Positions 1 to 8,670 of a stretch of 64,000 nt of DNA are shown here, piece by piece. The notes beneath the pieces are model-generated. The model did not search any database. It had not been told where the DNA came from and worked only from the letters and a program-made list of their open reading frames with translations. The stretch is from an uncultured Lachnospiraceae bacterium. Lineage in GTDB: Bacteria > Bacillota > Clostridia > Oscillospirales > CAG-272. Both the position numbers and the translations under genes were made by a program. How positions within the stretch are numbered: the stretch's first letter is position 1; each line of letters opens with the position of its first letter. The stretch is taken from assembly GCA_964570825.1 (NCBI GenBank), contig CAZMZJ010000006.1, forward strand, positions 70,202 to 134,201, in the 5' to 3' direction.

Positions 1-863
1 GGGATATCTGCGCGCTGGCATTTGACGGGAAAATTCTATACGCCGGAGGCGCCGACGGACTTTATGAGATAGACACTGAAACATTTATGTCAAAAGAGGT
101 CGGCGGATTTGAATATATCAGGACGCTTTTCTGGGACGGCAAAGGCCTTTGGATAGGGCATGACGCGGGGCTTTCTTACCTTTCTGACACGGTATTTACC
201 TTCACCGCCAGTGACTTTCTGCCCGACAACCGTGTAAACGCGTTTATAATCGACAGTAAAAACCGAATGTGGATTGGCACATGGGGCGGAGCGGTGATGA
301 TAGACGGGGAGGATATCACTCTTTACAATACAGAAAACGGGCTGCTTGACAGCATGGTTAACGTTATTTTTGAAGACAGCTGGGGAGACATCTGGTTTGG
401 CTCATATGTAGCGCCGCGCGGCGGCGTCAGCGTGCTGACAGAATCTGGGTGGCAGTATTTCACAACCAGGGACGGCCTGCTTCATGCGAATATTACCTCG
501 ATAATTGAAACAGGGGGCGGCATGGTGATAGTCGGCGGCGGGCTTTACACAAAAGGCGGCGGAACGGGATTTGTTTATCAGGACGGACGCTTTATTAAAA
601 GCGGTGTTTTCACGGTGGAAAACGGTCTTGCGGGCGAGAAGATCCGCTCGCTGTTCGAGGACAGCGGAAACAGACTCTGGGTCGGCTCGGAATACGACGG
701 GCTGGCGGTGATTTACGGGGACAAGTCGATAATACTTGACAAGGCGCACGGACTATCTTGCGACGAGGTTAAAATTATCCGTGAGGACAGTTCCGGCAAT
801 ATGTGGATAGGCACGCGGAGCGGCGTCACGCGGATTATGAAAGGAGTTATTGCATATGAATAA
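1..863 (+). CDS. beta-propeller repeat protein (two-component-regulator-propeller / Reg_prop-like); 5' end lies outside the window
   Basis: The frame is open from nt 3 to the stop at 863, so the first ATG at 87 is probably internal. It shows repeated W(I/V)G..G(L/G) blades about every 45 aa (WIGHDAGLSYL, WIGTWGGAVMI, WFGSYVAPRGGVSVL, WVGSEYDGLAVI, WIGTRSGVTRI). Its end overlaps the next ORF by 14 nt. Confidence 0.6.
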   Translation, partial: DICALAFDGKILYAGGADGLYEIDTETFMSKEVGGFEYIRTLFWDGKGLWIGHDAGLSYLSDTVFTFTASDFLPDNRVNAFIIDSKNRMWIGTWGGAVMIDGEDITLYNTENGLLDSMVNVIFEDSWGDIWFGSYVAPRGGVSVLTESGWQYFTTRDGLLHANITSIIETGGGMVIVGGGLYTKGGGTGFVYQDGRFIKSGVFTVENGLAGEKIRSLFEDSGNRLWVGSEYDGLAVIYGDKSIILDKAHGLSCDEVKIIREDSSGNMWIGTRSGVTRIMKGVIAYE

Positions 864-2859
864 CGGACAGGCAAGGCAGGATGATTATCCGAGAAACACG
901 TGGCAGCTGATCAAATACATAGCAAAAAGAATTCCTGAAAGGCTGCTCAAGGCGCTTCCCATGACGATAGGAATGGGGCTGCTTTTCTGGCTGCTCCACA
1001 CATTTTTACTTGTCTATACGAACGAGGGCTTTAATCCCGACACATGGCTCGGGCAGAATATACTAAACGTAAGGGGCAGGCTGATCAGCTCCACGCTGTT
1101 GTGGATGATGCTTGGGGCGGTTGTGCCTATGATTATTTCCTTTATCAAGAAGAAACAAAGTCCGGCGAAGATGATCAGGGAAGCTGTTGGAATGCCGGGC
1201 AGGATACTCAAGACAAACAGGGAAAGCGGCGGGAAATTCCTGCCTGTGATGTGCTTTTCCTGCGCGGCGGCGCTGCTTCTGGAAGGCTTGCTGTCGGGGC
1301 TGACAAGTCTTGTCATGGGCGGCATTGTAATGAGTTCGGTGATAGCTTTTCTCACCGGCCGCGGCAGCATATTTATCCAGATACTGCGCATGGTGTTCCA
1401 GGACGTGCAGCTGTTTATCCTTAAGAAGCAGAAGCTCGGGCTTGACGGAAACAATGTTTTGATGATTGTAGGCGTATCGGGCGTCACGCTCTTTGCCGTG
1501 GGACTGCTGAAATCCCTGTTATACAGGTCGGTCATAATAATGGCGGTTATCAGCTGGCTCTGGGTTGTCGCAGTAATTCTTGGGATTGTGTTTGTTTACA
1601 GTAAGAAAAATATACCGAAACAGTTTGTCCTGTTACTCGGATTTTTTGGCATGTCGGCTGTTCTGGCGTCGCTTGCCGTCACAGGCGTATATGCCGATGA
1701 CGGCGGATGGGCCGAGGCGGGAGGAACCTTCAGCTCGTGGATTTCAAGCGAAGGTGCGGGTCAGGCGATATTCATGGGCCTGCCGCCTACCATCGGGGGC
1801 CTTGTAGGCTCATATGTTTCCTCGATCCTCACAGGGCTTTTTGAAGGCTTTACAGTGCCGGTGGCAGATGTTCCGATTGCTCCGCAGGTTCCTCCTGCCG
1901 TTCCGGCGGCCGGGCCGGGAGCTGCGGTGCAGGGGGATACATCCGGCGCGGATGTTTCCGCAAAGCAGAAGGACGAAGAGGAGAGAATCCGTAAAGAAAC
2001 CGAGGCGGCGCAGAGGGAATTTGAACGCCAGCGGCAGCTCAAAATCAAGGAGCAGGAGGAATTGCGCCGAAAAGCTCTTGATGACCTGAAAAAAGCCGAG
2101 CAGATGAGAAAAGAGAAACAGGCCTATATTGACAGGCTGTGTAAAAAATACAACTGTCAGCCCGATCAGCTCAAGCGAAGGATAAAGCAGGGCATGATCG
2201 ACGCGATGGCAGATGAGGCGGACGCGTGGAACCAGTGCGACAAGGAGATAGCCCGCCTTGAGGCGGCGGCGAAGATTACGCTTGTCGCTGCCGACACGGC
2301 TATAGACGGACTTGCAAACGCCACCGGACCGCTCGGCAGGGGAATTAGAGCCGGCTATAAAGTTGCGAAAGGCATCGGCACGGCATACGGAGAAGAAGGG
2401 GAATTGTCGGGCAAGGCGATTCTGACAGGAGCCGTCAAGGGCGGCGCTGACGCCGCGACAGACTATATGAAGACTAATACCGCGAAGAATATAACGTCAT
2501 TTACCGGTGAAGTGGTGGGCGGCTATATATCCGACGGAGGAAAAGGAGCCTGGGACGGCGCGAAAGGAGCGACGCTTAACATCCTGACAGGCACTGTAAC
2601 CGATAAGATTACCGGGAAAATGGGCGGCGGTGATTACGGCAATATGATGGATCCCGTGAATTTCAACAAGGACGGGACGGCAACAATCACGATGCTGAGC
2701 AACGAAACCGGCAAATGGGTGACAAAAAACGTCAGCGGAAAAGTGGCGATTCAGTTTATGGATAAAAAGATAAAGCAGCAGACGATATCGTCCGCCGGTA
2801 AAGGCGCAAACGGGCTGTTAAACGAGCTGGTGATAAAACCGGCTCTCGGAATGAACTGA
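850..2859 (+). CDS. multi-pass membrane protein with a Pro/Ala linker, a charged coiled-coil and a Gly/Ala/Lys-rich C-terminal region; function unknown
   Basis: This is a 669-aa ORF. The N-terminal ~330 aa contain multiple hydrophobic helices. A linker follows (PVADVPIAPQVPPAVPAAGPGAAVQ), then a heptad-like charged stretch (KQKDEEERIRKETEAAQREFERQRQLKIKEQEELRRKALDDLKKAEQMRKEKQ), then a Gly-rich tail. The start overlaps the upstream stop. Confidence 0.55.
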   Translation: MHMNNGQARQDDYPRNTWQLIKYIAKRIPERLLKALPMTIGMGLLFWLLHTFLLVYTNEGFNPDTWLGQNILNVRGRLISSTLLWMMLGAVVPMIISFIKKKQSPAKMIREAVGMPGRILKTNRESGGKFLPVMCFSCAAALLLEGLLSGLTSLVMGGIVMSSVIAFLTGRGSIFIQILRMVFQDVQLFILKKQKLGLDGNNVLMIVGVSGVTLFAVGLLKSLLYRSVIIMAVISWLWVVAVILGIVFVYSKKNIPKQFVLLLGFFGMSAVLASLAVTGVYADDGGWAEAGGTFSSWISSEGAGQAIFMGLPPTIGGLVGSYVSSILTGLFEGFTVPVADVPIAPQVPPAVPAAGPGAAVQGDTSGADVSAKQKDEEERIRKETEAAQREFERQRQLKIKEQEELRRKALDDLKKAEQMRKEKQAYIDRLCKKYNCQPDQLKRRIKQGMIDAMADEADAWNQCDKEIARLEAAAKITLVAADTAIDGLANATGPLGRGIRAGYKVAKGIGTAYGEEGELSGKAILTGAVKGGADAATDYMKTNTAKNITSFTGEVVGGYISDGGKGAWDGAKGATLNILTGTVTDKITGKMGGGDYGNMMDPVNFNKDGTATITMLSNETGKWVTKNVSGKVAIQFMDKKIKQQTISSAGKGANGLLNELVIKPALGMN

Positions 2860-2875
2860 GGAGGGAAAGAAAAAA

Positions 2876-3907
2876 ATGATACTTGCACCTAACGAAATAA
2901 CATATCTGTCGTCTTCCTTTAAGGGACAGAACCCGCTGAGTCTGTTTTCAAACATAACTAAAGCTCCGGAGGGGAACGAGTACAAGACTCTGTCCGACAA
3001 AGGGATAATTGTCAACAACGCGTATGAAGCAAAAGCGCTTGACCTTCTTATGCTTCTCACAAAGCCCGAGAAATGCTCGCGCCTCATCATCCGGAACCCT
3101 TTCTGCATAGTCGAAAAATACACCTACAGAGTCGGCGAAAGGCTTGTTTTGGCGGAGAACAATAACGGTAATTTTGAAATCAGCGAACTTAAGGATTTGA
3201 CAAAGCTCATAATTTCGGTGTCCGAGTTTGTGAGCATGTCAAAAATAAAGACAACCGATATTGCCGAACTGTTCACTCCGGACGAATTGCTTGCTCTGCT
3301 TGCGATTGTTGATATTTACCGTAAAAAGACGCTTGAGGGATACATCAAGGCGGTAGACACGGAAATCAAGCTGAATGAATATGAGATTTCCGAAGAACTT
3401 GCAAATGGCTTTGCAAACGGTCTTGCAAGAAGCTTGTCGAACAACTATAAGCTGAACAAACCGCAGACCGAGTTGCGCGGACTGCTTAAATCCCTTGCGC
3501 AGAAGGGATGCGTCAAAGACGGGGAGAAGATTGAGCTGACGCCGGTATGGTCGGTATTCGCAAAAAATTTCCTGATACCTGAAACGATGCTGCTCTATGA
3601 AATGTTTGAAATTGATGCGGACGGCAAGATGATGGCGGAGAGCACTCTTGCGGTAACGGCGGGGATAAGCGATATAATATCCTTTACGTTCGACAGGGAG
3701 ACATTCAAGGTTGAAACGCTTGCGGCGGCGGAACTGATAAGAGCGGTTGAGGCCACGCTCGAATGTCCGTCGTTTGAAAAAGAAGCTCCGGCGCCGGCCG
3801 CTCCCGAGGCGGCTTTAAAACCGGCGGCTGACGGAAGCTGGAGATGCCGGTGCGGCACGGAAAACAAAGGCAATTTCTGCATCAACTGCGGGTCAAGGAA
3901 GCCGTGA
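2876..3907 (+). CDS. hypothetical soluble protein with a C-terminal zinc-ribbon
   Basis: This is a 343-aa ORF. A GAGGAGGG Shine-Dalgarno sits 8 nt upstream of the ATG. The C-terminus WRCRCGTENKGNFCINCGSRKP is a CxC..CxxC zinc-ribbon preceded by a Pro/Ala linker. The gap to the upstream gene is 16 nt. Confidence 0.55.
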   Translation: MILAPNEITYLSSSFKGQNPLSLFSNITKAPEGNEYKTLSDKGIIVNNAYEAKALDLLMLLTKPEKCSRLIIRNPFCIVEKYTYRVGERLVLAENNNGNFEISELKDLTKLIISVSEFVSMSKIKTTDIAELFTPDELLALLAIVDIYRKKTLEGYIKAVDTEIKLNEYEISEELANGFANGLARSLSNNYKLNKPQTELRGLLKSLAQKGCVKDGEKIELTPVWSVFAKNFLIPETMLLYEMFEIDADGKMMAESTLAVTAGISDIISFTFDRETFKVETLAAAELIRAVEATLECPSFEKEAPAPAAPEAALKPAADGSWRCRCGTENKGNFCINCGSRKP

Positions 3908-3978
3908 GTAATATGTAACGGCAGCTTTTACGGATTAACATTCCGCGCCGAAAAAGGCGCGAAGCAAAAACACATAAA

Positions 3979-4006
3979 AAGGCAGGCGGCCGCCTGCCTT
4001 TTATAT
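3979..4006 (+). terminator. rho-independent terminator of the 1-3907 operon
   Basis: Perfect GC stem ggcaggcg/cgcctgcc (3981-3998) followed by TTTTAT. Confidence 0.7.
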
Positions 4007-4100
4007 TTTACAGATACATAAATATTTACTGTACGGGGTGTTAGGCATAAACTGAAGCAAAAGATATCAGCACTGAACCGGGATACCGCAAATGCGTGAA

Positions 4101-4153
4101 AAATATAAAAAATCCGAAATGCCCGGTAAATTAAAAATAAGGCAATTCGGATT
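4101..4153 (-). terminator. candidate terminator downstream of tRNA-Arg
   Basis: Arms aatccgaaatgcc (4111-4123) and ggcaattcggatt (4141-4153) pair with one mismatch. A U-run follows on the minus strand (A-run 4101-4110 on plus). Confidence 0.45.
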
Positions 4154-4163
4154 CTTCATTTTA

Positions 4164-4240
4164 TGGCGCGTCGTAAGGGACTCGAACCCCCGACCTACTG
4201 GTTCGTAGCCAGTCACTCTATCCAGCTGAGCTAACGACGC
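4164..4240 (-). tRNA. tRNA-Arg (anticodon ACG)
   Basis: The reverse complement reads GCGTCGTTAGCTCAGCTGGATAGAGTGACTGGCTACGAACCAGTAGGTCGGGGGTTCGAGTCCCTTACGACGCGCCA. It has a 7-bp acceptor stem, D-loop AGCTCAGCTGGATAGAG, anticodon loop CTACGAA, T-arm GGTTCGAGTCC and an encoded CCA. Confidence 0.92.
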
Positions 4241-4267
4241 ACACACCGTTTTTCAACGTGCCTTATT

Positions 4268-4296
4268 ATAATATCACAACACGCTGTTTTTGTCAA
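4268..4296 (-). promoter_or_regulatory. sigma-A type promoter for tRNA-Arg
   Basis: On the minus strand: TTGACA (4296-4291), a 17-nt spacer, then TATTAT (4273-4268), about 25 nt upstream of the tRNA 5' end. Confidence 0.5.
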
Positions 4297-4492
4297 TAGA
4301 AACAATACGAAATTTTCCGGAATTCCTCCTTGATTTTTTCGCTCCCGGCGTTTTGACTGAGAAATTTCGTTATATGTATATGATATTGATGAACTGAATT
4401 TATGTTCTGCATATTTACGGTATATTGCGGCATGGCTTTTACCACTGTTAAAAAAGCCGGGGACGGCAAAAGCCGCGCCGGCATGAAAACTA

Positions 4493-4963
4493 TTATTTTT
4501 TATATGACATAACAGCGCTTTTCCCGCCGCGCACGCGGCCGAGCCTTAAATCGCATGATTTGAGCCTTGTGCGGCCTGAAACAAGCACGGAAGCGATTGC
4601 CCTGCAGCCGTCGGCTTTTATCGCCGCTATATCGGCTTTGGCAATCAAATCTCCGGCGCGGACATTGTCGCCCGCATCGACAAGGCAGATAATTCCTTTG
4701 CTGCCGGAATTGGCGGTGCCAAGACCTATCTGCACCATTATGTCAAGACCGTCTTCAGCGCGGATTGAAAAAGCATCCTTGGTGTCGGCGACATATTCCA
4801 CTCTGCCTGATATGGGGCTGTATATAGTGCCGCGGATCGGTTCCACGGCGAAGCCGTCGCCGGGAGTTTTGGATGAAAAGACTTTAACCGGTACGTCGGA
4901 AAGTGGTATCGCTTCGCCGTCTGCAACGGCAAGCAGCTTATTGCCAGCGGATAAGAAAAGCAT
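4493..4963 (-). CDS. PTS EIIA(Glc)-family domain protein lacking both catalytic histidines (degenerate)
   Basis: The ATG at 4963 is preceded by AAGGAGG. The product aligns to Crr/EIIA-Glc (DVPVKVFSSKTPGDGFAVEP..SPISGRV..TKDAFSIRAEDGLDIMVQIGLGT). The positions of E. coli Crr His75 and His90 are Asp and Gln here. Confidence 0.7.
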   Translation of the reverse strand: MLFLSAGNKLLAVADGEAIPLSDVPVKVFSSKTPGDGFAVEPIRGTIYSPISGRVEYVADTKDAFSIRAEDGLDIMVQIGLGTANSGSKGIICLVDAGDNVRAGDLIAKADIAAIKADGCRAIASVLVSGRTRLKSCDLRLGRVRGGKSAVMSYKK

Positions 4964-5238
4964 ATTAACCTCCTTCGTTTCGGCTTCCTTATGCGGATAT
5001 TTTGAATTGGCACAGTGCTTATTTTGACGTGATGTGAGAAAAATATACATATTTTATAAAATATTCGTCGCGTCGGATTTTCTTTGAAGCGGTCTATTTA
5101 GCTGCGCCGCTGTTTCCTAAGGCTTTCCGCGTCTAATATTCCGCCTTGCGCCATATGCAATTTTCTGGTTAATATCAGTCCGGATTCTTATGGCTGGGCG
5201 GAAAGCATACGGCATGTGAAAAATATTGCCGAAATTGA

Positions 5239-5274
5239 GCAACGCACGTGGCTGATGATAGTCACGTGCGTTGC
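5239..5274 (-). terminator. hairpin downstream of the PHP/LTD lipoprotein gene
   Basis: A 12-bp perfect stem gcaacgcacgtg / cacgtgcgttgc. The U-tract is weak. Confidence 0.4.
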
Positions 5275-5324
5275 CTTGCGTATTTATTAAGGATTTGATG
5301 CTGCTTGAAAAGCGTTCCGCTTAC

Positions 5325-7997
5325 TTATTTTGTTACTGCTGAAGGAACCTGAGAAGACGTGACGGTTCCGGGAGTGGGCGAGGCGCTGTTAGAGGTTTGC
5401 ACCGAGGTCTGAGTATAGGTGTGGTTATAATCGAACGTTATAGCTTTGTCTGATTTGACCTCGGAGGGATTGTCTCCCCAGTTGTACCAGATGCGGTCGA
5501 CAACCGTTGAGTCTGACATAAGCTCAAGCTGCACCGCCTTTGAAACGGCGAGGGTCTTGGAGGCTGAAATAATCAGAAGATCCTTGCCCTCGACGAGCGA
5601 AGTGCCGAACTTCGCATTAAAGTCGGCGGCAGTCAGTTTTGTAGAAGTCTTGAACCATACCACAAGCGTACTGTGCGGTTGAATTGTGCCTGAGAGAGTC
5701 CATGTGTTTGCCTTGAGGTCGTCAGCGCTTGCGCCGGCCTTCGGGTAATAACGTATCGAATATGATGAGAGGTCAAGGACTGTGTCGCTGTTGTTGTAAA
5801 GCTCCATATAGCAAAACGGTATTGCGACGCCGTTGTATGCGGACATGGATGGGAGCACCTCGGTCATGTATAGAGGCGAAACCATTGTATACGAAGTATC
5901 GCTATATGACTTGCCGTCAATTTTGCCGGTAACCGTTACAGTTATCCGGTTGTTTGAAAGCGAGTATGACGTGAAGGCTTCCGCATATACTGTGGCTCCT
6001 GCCTGGACGGTGCCGAGATTGACTGTCGCAAAAGGAGAGGAGGTTATGTTGAAGCCGCCGAGAGGACTCTTATAGAACGATACGGTCACATCTGTCATCG
6101 CGGACTTCGCGCTGTTTGTGACGGCGGCTTTTACTCCGTAGTCGTTGTCGTCGCTGTTGTTCACAAGCAGGGACTGCTCAACGCTCGTGATATTTATGAG
6201 ATTGCGGTTCTCGATCCACACCGGAGCGGTTGCCGCCCAGTAGCTTGAATTTGAAACTTCGACATAATAATAATCATAATCGGGCGAGAGAGTGATGTTC
6301 CATATATAGCTTTTCTTCGGCCCGACGTTAACCGACGCCACAACGATATTGTCTTCGGTCACGATGCTGATTGTGCCTAATCCCACAGGGCGCTCCGTGG
6401 AAATTTCAACGCTGACATCAAGAGAGTCGGGATTATCAAGCCGCGAGCCCATCCATTCACCGTTTATCTTGAAATAAATCTTCATAGAACCGTCGGTCGT
6501 TGTGTATGTGCGGTTTTTGCGGAAGGCTTCAAGTATGTTTTCGCGTGTGAGGGCGGGAGCGAGGGCGTATCCGCAGGCCTCATAGGCGTTGCCCCAGTTA
6601 GCCTCATGGTTGTCTTCGTTGTACATAGGAGATACATGCCAGCCTTTTGTGAGTGAAAGTGCGTATGTAATGTCATAACCCGAGCCTTTTATTTCTGTGA
6701 GGGTCAGAATTTTGTCGATATCCTCGCTGTACTTATCGTAATCGAGGAAGTCGCCCCACGAGTATCCCGGATGGTTGAACTGAACGATGGCGTTTGTCTC
6801 TTTAGCCATAATTTTATAGAAAGCCGTGAGGTTGGCGCTGCTCTGCGTGGTGAATTTCAGCGTATTTAGAACATTGAGATGCCCGTAATAACCGGTGCTG
6901 ATGTTATATGTCTGTTCGAATCCGTAAAGAGCCACGAAGGTGCCGGGGTCATTGAACTGCTCGGCAATACGCGCGTGTGTATACTGAAGTATATCTTTGG
7001 TTATTGAGGATGAGTGGTCGGTAACTGCGTAAAAATCAAGTTTGGCGACGTCGCGCGCGTATGTGTAGGCGTCGGAAACAGAGCCGGCGCCGTCTGACTC
7101 CGAGGAGTGCGAGTGAACCTCGCCACGGTAGAGGTGCATCACCGAACCGTCGCCGCAGGAAAAGTTCTGGACGTGCTGATATGTGTTGCCGTTTGTGTCG
7201 CAGATCGTCAGCACTGCCTCATAGTCGCCGGCGGGGAAGGTTACGCCCGACAAGGTGACGCCTGAATCGCTCCAGACGGCTGATGAGGTGTAGTCGGTCC
7301 CGCTTATGACGAGTTTTGAAGCGTTCCTGTCAAGGGCGGGGCTGCAGATATAGCTGACATTCAGCACCGGCGTGTAGACGTCCTCATAGTAGTAATAATT
7401 TTCCGGCGAGTAGGATATTACCTCAGGGGGGGACTGGCAGAGATAGCTGAGATCCTTCGGCAGCGAGAGCGAGCTTTCAGTCATGTAATGCTCGATGAAA
7501 TAGTTGACTGCCTGGATCGTGCTTTCGTCAGAGCCGCCGCATATGACAAGTTTCTCGCCGACAAGCGCAATGGCATAATCTTTTTCCTTCAGCTGCGAGA
7601 GAATACTCTGCGTTTCCGCGCGGTTTGTTGTTCCGACGAGGATTTCGTGAGCCGGAATAGTGTCGCCTTCCTTGTACCAGTCGGTTGTTAACTTGAACGA
7701 GGTGGTTTTAACGCCGTATTTTGAAACGAAAAGCCTGTAGAAGTCGGATATCTGGGAAATCATTGCAGACGAGGCTTTTTCCGAGCGCACAAGCTGATAA
7801 TCGGTAGTGCCGTCAGACGAGATAATAGTGAAATTATCTGCGACAGACGCGGTTGTGCCGGAATCCGTGACCGACTGAGTCAGACTGTCGGTGCTGGTTT
7901 TCCCCCCGTCGCTGTCGCCGCCGTTATTGCAGGCGGCAAGCGTTACGAGGAGAATAAGTATCATGACTGTGAACAAAGAACATGCTTTTCTTCTCAT
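5325..7997 (-). CDS. secreted lipoprotein with a PHP (polymerase/histidinol-phosphatase) domain and a C-terminal lamin-tail (LTD) domain
   Basis: The start is taken at MRRKACSLFTVMILILLVTLAACNNGG (lipobox LAAC). The PHP motif is GEVHSHSSESDGAGSV...DFYAVTDHS. The C-terminus is LTD-like (CYMELYNNSDTVLDLSSYSIRYY...). The N-terminal module is homologous to that of the 18566-20374 protein. Confidence 0.7.
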   Translation of the reverse strand: MRRKACSLFTVMILILLVTLAACNNGGDSDGGKTSTDSLTQSVTDSGTTASVADNFTIISSDGTTDYQLVRSEKASSAMISQISDFYRLFVSKYGVKTTSFKLTTDWYKEGDTIPAHEILVGTTNRAETQSILSQLKEKDYAIALVGEKLVICGGSDESTIQAVNYFIEHYMTESSLSLPKDLSYLCQSPPEVISYSPENYYYYEDVYTPVLNVSYICSPALDRNASKLVISGTDYTSSAVWSDSGVTLSGVTFPAGDYEAVLTICDTNGNTYQHVQNFSCGDGSVMHLYRGEVHSHSSESDGAGSVSDAYTYARDVAKLDFYAVTDHSSSITKDILQYTHARIAEQFNDPGTFVALYGFEQTYNISTGYYGHLNVLNTLKFTTQSSANLTAFYKIMAKETNAIVQFNHPGYSWGDFLDYDKYSEDIDKILTLTEIKGSGYDITYALSLTKGWHVSPMYNEDNHEANWGNAYEACGYALAPALTRENILEAFRKNRTYTTTDGSMKIYFKINGEWMGSRLDNPDSLDVSVEISTERPVGLGTISIVTEDNIVVASVNVGPKKSYIWNITLSPDYDYYYVEVSNSSYWAATAPVWIENRNLINITSVEQSLLVNNSDDNDYGVKAAVTNSAKSAMTDVTVSFYKSPLGGFNITSSPFATVNLGTVQAGATVYAEAFTSYSLSNNRITVTVTGKIDGKSYSDTSYTMVSPLYMTEVLPSMSAYNGVAIPFCYMELYNNSDTVLDLSSYSIRYYPKAGASADDLKANTWTLSGTIQPHSTLVVWFKTSTKLTAADFNAKFGTSLVEGKDLLIISASKTLAVSKAVQLELMSDSTVVDRIWYNWGDNPSEVKSDKAITFDYNHTYTQTSVQTSNSASPTPGTVTSSQVPSAVTK

Positions 7998-8151
7998 TTT
8001 ACTTTTCCCCACTCCATAATTAATTTTCTTAAAAAGTATATCATAGCGCGGCAAGCGTGTCAATCATATTGAATATTTTTGTATATAATAGACATAAGGT
8101 TTGACGTTGAAAAGCTGTTATGAAACATATAAAAATTATTTTTAATACATA

Positions 8152-8180
8152 TTGACAAAAATTTATAAAAGTCTTATAAT
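8152..8180 (+). promoter_or_regulatory. consensus sigma-A promoter of the perR-rbr operon
   Basis: TTGACA (8152-8157), an exact 17-nt spacer, then TATAAT (8175-8180). AT-rich imperfect palindromes overlap the -10 and are a possible Fur/PerR box. Confidence 0.6.
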
Positions 8181-8208
8181 GAGATTAAATCCTAATAAGG
8201 AAGCACTT

Positions 8209-8670
8209 ATGATAAAACGCAATACAAAGCAGAAGCGTATAGTAATTGATATGCTTGGCAGAATGAATCATCCGTCCGCAACGGCGGTATATGAGGAAGT
8301 CCGCCGCCGTGATCCTGCGGTCAGCCGGTCTACTGTTTTCAGAGTGCTTGCCGACGCCGCAGAGGAAGGGATGCTGCTGCGGCTTAAAATCCCCGGTACT
8401 GACGACCGCTTTGATGCAACTCTGATTAAGCACAGCCACATATTATGCAGGTCCTGCGGAAGGGTGGATGACGTCAAAATTGCGGGATCGGTATTAAGAT
8501 CGGTGAAGGCGCTCGGGGAGGCAGGCGCGCGCGGATATAAAATCGAGGAATGCAGAGTCGAATTCATAGGCCTGTGTCCGGATTGCGCGGCGTTATTAAA
8601 GAAAGAGTATCTGCAAAAAAACAAAAAAACGGAGGAGAAAGAAAATGGAACTCAAGGGATCAAAAACTGA
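8209..8670 (+). CDS. perR: Fur-family transcriptional regulator (PerR-like)
   Basis: The ATG at 8209 lies downstream of the promoter and a TAAGGAAG SD. The product reads [37 protein letters not shown], with [10 protein letters not shown]...CPDC zinc motifs. The PerR call over Fur/Zur rests on the adjacent rubrerythrin gene. Confidence 0.75.
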   Translation: MIKRNTKQKRIVIDMLGRMNHPSATAVYEEVRRRDPAVSRSTVFRVLADAAEEGMLLRLKIPGTDDRFDATLIKHSHILCRSCGRVDDVKIAGSVLRSVKALGEAGARGYKIEECRVEFIGLCPDCAALLKKEYLQKNKKTEEKENGTQGIKN

